Shown here: piece by piece, positions 56,784 through 64,000 of the stretch | How the letters are laid out: each line of letters opens with the position of its first letter | Numbering within the stretch: position 1 is the stretch's first letter | Assembly: GCA_965248835.1 (NCBI GenBank) | Contig: CBDFLJ010000002.1 | Span: 2,144,001-2,208,000, forward strand | Reading direction: 5' to 3' | Source of the DNA: Alphaproteobacteria bacterium | Lineage (GTDB): Bacteria > Pseudomonadota > Alphaproteobacteria > MPNO01 | DNA: 64,000 nt | The notes under the pieces: model-generated | The model's database searches: none | What the model saw: the letters and a program-made list of their open reading frames with translations, nothing else | What the model was told of the DNA's origin: nothing | Made by a program: the position numbers and the translations under genes

Positions 56784-58481
56784 TCAAGCTTCGTCGAGCC
56801 AGATGGTGCGGAAAGTGAACCACTCCAGCGGGGTCTGGACCTTGCCCTTGACCTTCGATGCATAGACGAACGGATTGAGATCGCTCAGCACCAGCATCAG
56901 CGGCGCGTCCTCGGTCGCCATCCGATTGGCCTTGGACCAGAGTTCGATGGCCTCGGTGCTCAGCCCCCAGGGGGCGTAGGGATCGCCGGCGGCGGGGGGC
57001 GGGGCCTGGCGCGCCGCCTTCATCACCTCGTCGACCTTCTCGTTGCAGTAATAGCCGGTATTGAGCCCGCCCACCGCCCCGACATGGAAGGTGCATCCGA
57101 TGGTCTGTTCGAGCCAGAACGGATCCGGCGCGCCAAAGGACATCTGCGCCGCGCCCACCGACTTGAAGCCGCCGGAGATCCATTTGGTGAAATAGGACAC
57201 CCATTCCGATGCTTCGATCCGCATGTCGACGCCGACTTTCCGCAGGTCGGACTGGACGCGCTCGGCGATCGAGACCGGCAATAGCTGCCCGGAGCCATCG
57301 GTCGAGGTCACGAAGGTGGTGGAAAAGCCGTTCGGGTGTCCGGCTTCGGCGAGCAGCGCCTTCGCCTTCCGCGGGTTGTGCTCATAAGCCTTGAAGCTCG
57401 GGTCGTAGGACAGCATGCCCGGCGGGACGATGCCGTTCTCCATCGGAAACGCCGTACTGTTCAGGACGTCGCGGCAAAGCGCCGAGCGGTCGACCGCGTA
57501 GTTCAGCGCCTGGCGCACGCGTTTGTCCTGATACAGCGGATCCTTCATGTTGTAGGCCCAGTACCAGTTGTGATGCACCGTGCCCTGATCCCAGACGAAG
57601 CCTTCGCCTTCGAGCTGGCCGCGGCTGTCGGGGACCGGCACGATGATCATGTCGAACTCGCCCGAGCGCAGCCCGGCGATGCGCGAGGCGGCCTCGGACA
57701 CCGGTTTGACGACGATACGGTCCAGGAAAGGCCCGATTCGCGGGTTGCCGCCCCAATAGTCGGGGTTGCGCTCCATGACCACGCGGTCGCCGTGCACGCG
57801 CTCGACGAATTTGAACGGCCCGGTTCCCACCGGGTGCAGCGCCATGCCCTCGTTGCCGTATTTCTTGATCGCGGTCGGGCTGATCATCGAGACCATGCCC
57901 GGCCCGAGATTGGCGAGGCGCAGCAGGAAGGAGTTGAACGGCTCTTTGAGGACGACCTTGACCTTGTGCGGGCCCAGCACCTCGACATGATCGAGAAAGT
58001 AGACGTCGGCCGCGCGATAGGCCTTCGCCCGCGGATAGAAATATTCGAAATCCTCTTTGAAGATCCGATCGAGGTTGAATTTCACCGCCTCGGCGTCGAA
58101 CGGCGTGCCGTCATGGAACTTGATGCCCTGCCGCAGGGTGAAGGTGTATTCGGTCCCGTCGGGTGAAATCTCCCACCCGCTGGCGAGCGAGGGCACGAGC
58201 CGCGGCGGCGCGCCGTCCTGCCAACCGACGGTCAGATCGTGCTCGACCAGCTGGTCGTACATCTGCAGCACCAGCCGCGATGTGTGCCAGCCGCCGCAGG
58301 CGTGCGGATCGAGAATGTCGGGCTCGGCCTCCATCGCGTAGACGATCGTTCCGCCTTGCTTCGGCGTCGCCCCGAAGGACAGGCGAGGGCGCGTCACCAG
58401 GCCCGTCGACGCTGCAGCAGCAGCACCGAGCACGAACCCGCGCCGGCTCACGTGAGGCGATTTCACCCGTGATTGGGACAT
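56784..58481 (-). CDS. ABC transporter substrate-binding protein, family 5, with Tat signal
   Basis: SRRGFV twin-arginine leader; YTFTLRQGIKFHDGTPF, GTGPFKF and VRQALNYAVDR motifs. Confidence 0.95.
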   Translation of the reverse strand: MSQSRVKSPHVSRRGFVLGAAAAASTGLVTRPRLSFGATPKQGGTIVYAMEAEPDILDPHACGGWHTSRLVLQMYDQLVEHDLTVGWQDGAPPRLVPSLASGWEISPDGTEYTFTLRQGIKFHDGTPFDAEAVKFNLDRIFKEDFEYFYPRAKAYRAADVYFLDHVEVLGPHKVKVVLKEPFNSFLLRLANLGPGMVSMISPTAIKKYGNEGMALHPVGTGPFKFVERVHGDRVVMERNPDYWGGNPRIGPFLDRIVVKPVSEAASRIAGLRSGEFDMIIVPVPDSRGQLEGEGFVWDQGTVHHNWYWAYNMKDPLYQDKRVRQALNYAVDRSALCRDVLNSTAFPMENGIVPPGMLSYDPSFKAYEHNPRKAKALLAEAGHPNGFSTTFVTSTDGSGQLLPVSIAERVQSDLRKVGVDMRIEASEWVSYFTKWISGGFKSVGAAQMSFGAPDPFWLEQTIGCTFHVGAVGGLNTGYYCNEKVDEVMKAARQAPPPAAGDPYAPWGLSTEAIELWSKANRMATEDAPLMLVLSDLNPFVYASKVKGKVQTPLEWFTFRTIWLDEA

Positions 58482-58539
58482 GGCTTCCTCTCTGTCCGTT
58501 CTTCCGCGTCGTACCGATGCTCAGCAAGCGAGAGCACGC

Positions 58540-58570
58540 ATGCTAGCACCGCCCGGCGCGTGGCTGTCAA
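58540..58570 (-). promoter_or_regulatory. Putative sigma70 promoter of the ABC operon
   Basis: The minus strand reads TTGACA-N19-TAGCAT with a TG extension; the spacing is long. Confidence 0.4.
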
Positions 58571-58758
58571 TCCCGGAGGAACCGGGGCGATGTATGCGCG
58601 TTTGCCCGTGGATGGCGCGCAAAACGCGCCATCGACCCGGGCCATGTCGTCGCTGCCGACAGAGCTTGACGTGGAACGAGACCGCACCCCTGGCGGCGTG
58701 GCAAGGAGTCGTATGGCTGGTTCTTCGCCGGGCGCGGTCATCGACCTTCCTCCGGCAG

Positions 58759-58780
58759 GGTGCTTGAATGGTGCTTGAAT
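58759..58780. repeat. Perfect 2 x 11-bp tandem repeat GGTGCTTGAAT
   Basis: Units at 58759-58769 and 58770-58780 in the divergent intergenic region. Confidence 0.85.
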
Positions 58781-58845
58781 ATTGGCGGTCCGGTTAAACT
58801 CACACCATCCAAACCGCCATTCCATTGACCGACGGGGCGCTCTCG

Positions 58846-60463
58846 ATGATTCAAACCAGACCGTTATTCCGGCTCACCGCGGAGGTCGCAACGCCGCAGG
58901 TCGCCCCGAACGGCCCGTACGGCGATCGCCGTTTCATCCCGGTAACCGGCGGCGCATTTGCCGGTGAACGGCTTTCCGGCCGGATCCTCCCCGGCGGCGC
59001 TGACTGCCAGCTGATCCGGCCGGACGGGATCGCCGAGCTCGACGTGCGCGTGACGCTGCAAGCCGAGGACGGCGCGACGCTTTATGCGTGCTCGCAGGGG
59101 CCGCACACCATGCGCGAGCTGCTGGCCAACAACGTCTTCCACGTGCCCGAATCGGCGATCCGCGTGGTCAGCCCCGATGTCGGCGGCGGGTTCGACATGA
59201 AGGCCGACCCCTATCCCGAGGACGCGCTGGTGCTGCGGGCTTCGAAACGCCTCGGCCGCCTGATCAAATGGGTGGCGACGCGGTCGGATGCGCTATTGGG
59301 CGACACCCATGCCCGCGACCAGCTGGTCTTCGCCGAGATGGCGCTGGACGCCGACGGCAAGATCCTCGGCGTGCGGGCGCGCTCCCATACGGGGCTGGAG
59401 GCGTATTTCAGCGCCGCAGTGACGGAGACCCTGATGTTCTCGCTGTCCTTCATCCCCAACGCCCATGACGTGCAGGCGATCGAGGTCACCAACAGCGCGG
59501 TGTTCACCCACACGCCGCCCAACTCGGTCTATCGCGGCGCCGGGCGACCCGAATCGATCTATCTCATCGAGCGGCTGATGGACCGCGCCGCCGCCGAAAT
59601 CGGCATCGACCCGGCCGAGCTGCGCCGCCGCAACCTGATCGCCCCGGCGGCTTTGCCCTATCACACCCCGACCCACAATGTTTACGATTCGGGCGATTTC
59701 GCCGACATGCTGGATAAGGGGCTCAAGCTCGCCGATTGGGACGGGTTCGAGGCCAGACGCGCCGCATCGGAAAAGAACGGCAAGCGCCGCGGCCGCGCGG
59801 TGATTTTCTATATCGAGCGCGGCGGCATCTTCAACGAGCGCATGGAGCTGCGCTGCGACCCGTCGGGCACGGTCACCATCGTCGCCGACAAGGCGATGCC
59901 GTTCGCCGCCATGGTGCACGGCTTCTACTTCCCCGGCGGCATCACCGACCAGTTCGGGCTCGGGCTCGAGGCGCGCGACAGCCATGCCGGCGATCCGTGC
60001 AACTTCCCCAATGGCAGCCATGTCTGCGAAATCAAGATCGATCCCGAGACCGGCAGCGCCACCATAGAGCGCTACTGCGTCATCGACGATGTCGGGCGCA
60101 TCACCAATCCGTTGATCTGCCACGGCCAGATCCATGGCGGCATCGCGCAAGGGGTGGGCCAGGCGATGATGGAGAACATGGTGTTCGACGATACCGGCCA
60201 GATGCTGTCCGGCTCCATCCTGGACTATTGCATGCCGCGCGCCGACGATTTCTGCGACATCGCCGCCGAACTCGAGGAGGTGCCCTGCGCCACCAATCCC
60301 TTGGGCGTCAAGGGAATCGGCGAGGCCGGCACCATCGGCGCGCCGCCGACCATCGTCAACGCCATCCTCGACGCGCTGCGCCCGCTCGGCATCGACCATA
60401 TCGACATGCCGGGCCACCCCCCAGCGCGTCTGGCAGGCAATTCGCGAGACGGGAGTGGGGTGA
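58846..60463 (+). pseudogene. Chimeric ORF: DUF3237 N-terminal half fused to a deleted, frameshifted CoxL/xanthine dehydrogenase large subunit
   Basis: 58846-59085 is DUF3237-like (GDRRFIPVTGG.F.GERLSGRILPGGAD.QLIRPDG.AELDVR). It continues in frame as CoxL mid-region (SQGPH, DVGGGFDMK, YRGAGRPE); the GQG segment is missing at about 59886; a +1 frameshift at about 60411 hides MPATPQRVWQAIR..* (TGA 60461-60463). Confidence 0.85.
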
Positions 60464-60541
60464 CATCGAATGAGCTACAGGCGGGGTTGCAAAGATGCCC
60501 CACGCGAAGCGGTCGGGTAGTCCGGTTGCAGCGCCGCCTAC

Positions 60542-60999
60542 ATGCTGGGCCCGGAACTGGCCTGGGGCGAGTACATCAGGCGGCGAGAGAACGTGATCTT
60601 GCTCGGCCCCTCCGGCGTCGGCAAAACCCACATCGCGCTTGCCTTCGGACTGGCCGCCTGCCAGACGGGCCTGAGCGTCCGCCTCACCACCGCTTCACAG
60701 CTGGTGCATGAACTGATGGGAGGCCCGCGACGGGAAGAGGCTGCTGCGGCCACAAGCGCAGATCGCCAAGGTCAGCCTCCCGTCGGATGGCTTACGCGGC
60801 GCCGCCAGCGCCACGGTCCGTCCTCATCGTCGACGAGCTCGGATACGTCCCGCTGTCGCAGACCGGAAGCGAACTGCTGTTCGAGATCTTCAGCCATCGC
60901 TACGGGCGCGGCGCCACCATCGTCACTTCCAACCTGCCGTCCCGGGAATGGACCTCCGTCTTCGCCAGCGAACGCCTCACCGGCGCGCTGCTCGACCGG
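60542..60999 (+). mobile_element. istB: Degenerate IS21-family helper ATPase fragment
   Basis: RENVILLGPSGVGKTHIA (Walker A), LIVDELGYVP and TSNLP..W..VF..ERLTGALLDR; frameshift at about 60718 and a 43-nt insertion at 60780-60822. Confidence 0.88.
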
Positions 61000-61150
61000 C
61001 CAGAGCTGGGTCAGCGCACGCAACGCTCCAAGATCGACCTGGGCGCAAATCCTGGTGGTGTCAGGATGACGATGACCCAGCACGTAGCCGATTTCGCCGA
61101 GTGAGGCCCCCTGGCGCACCATCTCGGCGCCGATCCGTGACGAAATGTAG
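60997..61150 (-). mobile_element. C-terminal remnant of a tyrosine recombinase (RIT-element type)
   Basis: EMVRQGASLGEIGYVLGHRHPDTTRICAQVDLGALRALTQLWP resembles RIT recombinase tails (..GASL.EI..VL.H....TT.iYAKVDl..LR..a..WP); catalytic Tyr is replaced by Cys; an FRH box lies in a shifted frame. Confidence 0.78.
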
Positions 61151-61286
61151 CGCGGCATTGCTGGCGAAAGGTGAGCGACATCGCCAATGCCCGCTGCTCA
61201 CCCCAAGCCGAGATAAGGCCGCGATAGACGCACACGGCGCCCGTCCTTAGAATTCCATCTCCGCGCGTGAGGGAGAGAATGGCCAT

Positions 61287-61355
61287 ATGGCCGAGGAATG
61301 CGTCCAGAGGAGTTTGGCGGTGATCCTGGCAGCTGATGTGGTCGGCCATGCGAGG
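61287..61355 (+). pseudogene. N-terminal remnant of a class III adenylate/guanylate cyclase
   Basis: MAEECVQRSLAVILAADVVGHAR resembles the alphaproteobacterial cyclase start M.ee.vqRrLaaIlaADVvGYSRL; similarity stops after about 23 codons. Confidence 0.65.
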
Positions 61356-61498
61356 ACGGCTTGCATGCGGCGCTGGGCTTCGACTGCTGATACCCGACGA
61401 ATGGAGACTCACTTCGGATCCGGTCTTCCGGCGCCGCACGGCAATATCCCCTTGCTGATCCCTCGAGTGTATCCCGACGCGATCGACTGAGGCGGAAC

Positions 61499-64000
61499 GT
61501 GTATTTCGAGCCCCGCCTGTGGCAGTTCACCAAGGGGGTGCGGCTGCGCATCGCCTGGTCGACGGCCATCGGCCTCGTTGCCGCCGTCTTCGGCATCGCG
61601 CGCCTCGCGCTGCTCGGCTGGCTGCTCGCCAAGGTGTTCCGGGGCGAACCGTTCGAGAGCCTCATCGCGCCATTCGCGTTGGTCGCGGCGGTTATGCTGG
61701 TGCGCGGGCTACTCGAGTACGCGCGCAACATGGCGGCCCACCGCACCGCGGCGCTGGTCCAGGTCAACATCCGCGAGCGCCTCTACGACAAGGTGATCGC
61801 GCTCGGCCCGGCGTATTTCGGTCGCCAGCGAACCGGCGAGGTGATCCTGTCGATCATCGACGGGGTCGAGCAGCTCGAGACCTATTTCGGCCGATTTTTG
61901 CCGCAGGTCCTGGTCGCGCTCCTGATGCCGCTGGGCATCTTCGCCTTCGTCGCAGTGCTCGATCTGCCGATTGCCACAGTGCTGCTCGGCTTCGCCCTGA
62001 TCTCCCTGTTCCTGCCGATGGCGGTCAACCGCTGGAACAAACGCGCCAGCCAGTCGAGAAAACGCACCTTCGGCGGTTTCGGAGCCGAGTTCGTCGATTC
62101 CGTCCAGGGGCTCGCGACCCTTAAGGCTTTCGGCCAGTCGAGCGCACGCGCGAGGCTGCTGGAAAGGAAGGCCGCGGAGCTGTTCAACAGCACCATGTGG
62201 GTCGTCTCCACGCACACCATCGCGCGCGGCATCACCGACACAGGCATTGCGGTGGGTGCGGCGACGACGCTTGGTATCGGCGCTTATCGCGTCGCCTCGG
62301 GCGCGATGAGCCTGGAGGCGCTTCTGGTGATCCTGATGATGGGGGTCGAGGTATTCCGGCCGCTTCGCGATCTGCGCACACTGCTGCACCAGGGCATGGT
62401 CGGCCAGGCCGCCGCGCAAGGCGTGTTCTCGATCCTCGATGCGACGCCCGCGATCCGCGATTCCGGCGCGGCCGCGGTCGCGATCGACGACGTGCCCGCG
62501 ACCGTCGAGTTCGACGGCGTGACGTTCGCCTATCCCGGCGGCCGGCAGCCCACCCATCGAGGGCTTAGCTTTCGGGTCGAAGCCGGCGAGCGGATCGGCA
62601 TCGTCGGGCCGAGCGGCGCCGGCAAGTCGTCCATCGTGCGGCTACTGCTGCGCACTTTCGATCCGCAACAGGGCTCTATCAGGATCGGGGGGCACGACAT
62701 CCGCGAACTCTCGTTCGATCAGATCCGCGGCCGTCTCGCAGTCGTCAACCAGGACACCTATCTGTTCTATGGCACCGTCGAGGACAATCTTCGCCTCGGC
62801 AAGCCCGCCGCGACCGAGGATGAGCTGCAGGAGGCTGCCCGCGCCGCCAACGCCCACGAGTTCATCGCCCGCTTGCCGCAAGGGTACCAGACCGTTATCG
62901 GCGAACGCGGGCTTCGCCTGTCCGGCGGCCAGCGCCAACGCATCGCCATCGCCCGGGCGTTGCTGCGCGATGCCCCGATCCTGGTGCTCGACGAGGCTTT
63001 GTCCTCGGTCGATGCCGAGAACGAGGCGGTTATCCAACAAGCGCTCGACCGTTTGATGTCCGGCCGCACAACGCTGATCTTCGCCCATCGTTTGTCGAGC
63101 GTCGCCGACGCGGACAGGCTCTTGGCGCTCGACGACGGCCGCGTCGTGGAGGACGGCACCCACGAGGAGTTGATGGCCCGCCGCGGCGCTTATTATCGCC
63201 TCATGGCGGCCCAGTCGGACGAAGCCGCCGGGGCCGATCAATCGCTCGAACGCGAATTCGACATACGCGGAGAGCCGGGCAAGGACGTGCGGCTCCGCAT
63301 CGACGACGCGGCGCAGACCGAACCGACCGATTCTATTCTCCGCGCCGAGGGCATGGGGTGGCGGCGTGCGACGCTCGAGCTCCTGAGACTCGTGGCAACG
63401 CGCCGGTCGCAGCTTTGGCTGACGTTCGTGCTCGGTGTGCTGCGGGTCTTGGCGATGATCGGCATTGGCGTGTTTAGCGGCCTGACCGTCGCCGCGGTCA
63501 AAATTGGCGCGCCATTCGAGAGCTGGCTGATTGCGCTTGCGGTCGTAGCCCCGATGGCCGGTGTTCTCCACTGGCTCGAATCCTGGGTCGCTCACGACAT
63601 GGCATACAGGCTACTGGCGGAGATGCGCATCGCGCTGTTCAAGAAACTCGATCAGCTGGCCCCTGCCTATCTGCTACGGCGGCGCACCGGCGATCTGGCC
63701 GGCATGGCGACCCACGATGTGGAAACGGTCGAATACTTCTTTGCCCACACCGTGGCGCCGGCGTTCGTCTCGGTCGTGGTGCCGGCAGCGATCGTCGCCG
63801 TGCTGTCCGTGTTCGGCTGGCAGATGGCCGTTGCGCTGATCCCGTTCCTCGGCGGGGTTGCGCTCAGTCCGTTCCTGATGCGGCGCCGGATCGACGTCCT
63901 CGGGTCGCGCGCGCGCGAAGCGCTCGGCCGCCTCAACGCGCACGCGCTAGATACCATCCAAGGGATCACCGAGATCGCCGCGCTACAGCAGGGCGCTCGT
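61499..64000 (+). CDS. Fused double ABC exporter (TMD-NBD-TMD..., CydDC-like); runs off the window end
   Basis: GTG start VYFEPRLWQFTKG; first TMD, then GPSGAGKS (about 62606), LSGGQRQR and LDEALSSVD; a second TMD follows in frame (HWLESWVAHDMAYRLLAEMR); no stop inside the window, so it is absent from the ORF track. Confidence 0.9.
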   Translation, partial: MYFEPRLWQFTKGVRLRIAWSTAIGLVAAVFGIARLALLGWLLAKVFRGEPFESLIAPFALVAAVMLVRGLLEYARNMAAHRTAALVQVNIRERLYDKVIALGPAYFGRQRTGEVILSIIDGVEQLETYFGRFLPQVLVALLMPLGIFAFVAVLDLPIATVLLGFALISLFLPMAVNRWNKRASQSRKRTFGGFGAEFVDSVQGLATLKAFGQSSARARLLERKAAELFNSTMWVVSTHTIARGITDTGIAVGAATTLGIGAYRVASGAMSLEALLVILMMGVEVFRPLRDLRTLLHQGMVGQAAAQGVFSILDATPAIRDSGAAAVAIDDVPATVEFDGVTFAYPGGRQPTHRGLSFRVEAGERIGIVGPSGAGKSSIVRLLLRTFDPQQGSIRIGGHDIRELSFDQIRGRLAVVNQDTYLFYGTVEDNLRLGKPAATEDELQEAARAANAHEFIARLPQGYQTVIGERGLRLSGGQRQRIAIARALLRDAPILVLDEALSSVDAENEAVIQQALDRLMSGRTTLIFAHRLSSVADADRLLALDDGRVVEDGTHEELMARRGAYYRLMAAQSDEAAGADQSLEREFDIRGEPGKDVRLRIDDAAQTEPTDSILRAEGMGWRRATLELLRLVATRRSQLWLTFVLGVLRVLAMIGIGVFSGLTVAAVKIGAPFESWLIALAVVAPMAGVLHWLESWVAHDMAYRLLAEMRIALFKKLDQLAPAYLLRRRTGDLAGMATHDVETVEYFFAHTVAPAFVSVVVPAAIVAVLSVFGWQMAVALIPFLGGVALSPFLMRRRIDVLGSRAREALGRLNAHALDTIQGITEIAALQQGAR

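Noticed and set aside
58463-58741. Minus-strand ORF starting MTAPGEEPAIRLL with a GGAGG RBS upstream of the SBP gene
   Set aside because: No recognisable motif, and it runs through the predicted SBP promoter and start; it may be another remnant but I cannot support a call.
60776-60825. Target-site duplication (CCTC) around the 43-nt insertion in istB
   Set aside because: The two CTC codons are explained by the native Leu-Leu of VSLLIVDE, so no duplication needs to be invoked.

Overview
High-GC (roughly 68-70% by eye, not computed) chromosomal segment of an alphaproteobacterium, probably Rhodospirillales-like given the murA-DUF2948-short hisG-hisD block and the split pntAA/pntAB/pntB. It is densely packed with accessory catabolic genes: CoA ligase and thiolase, flavin and 2-oxoglutarate/Fe oxygenases, UbiD and other decarboxylases, a Rieske oxygenase, molybdoenzyme large subunits and a Dpp/Opp-type ABC importer. 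There is one tRNA-Leu(UAA). The most coherent unusual system lies at 31.0-37.2 kb. There a PucG/HpxJ-type ureidoglycine aminotransferase (which makes oxalurate) sits next to a rearranged, split FdrA/YlbE/YlbF (AllFGH, oxamate carbamoyltransferase) set and a carbamate kinase, suggesting a hybrid ATP-yielding ureide pathway. Other notable items are a 3-sulfinopropanoyl-CoA desulfinase, a stand-alone ALDH1L1-type formyl-THF hydrolase domain, an ABC ATPase with Walker B Glu->Ser and Q-loop Gln->Glu, a Cys-motif orphan protein and a probable ATT-initiated small membrane protein. The window also shows a recurring pattern of deletion scars (dctM tail, collapsed emrB, DUF3237::coxL chimera, istB/integrase/cyclase debris) and short perfect tandem duplications. 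I saw no CRISPR array, rRNA or intact mobile element. All family calls come from motif recognition by eye, not database searches.
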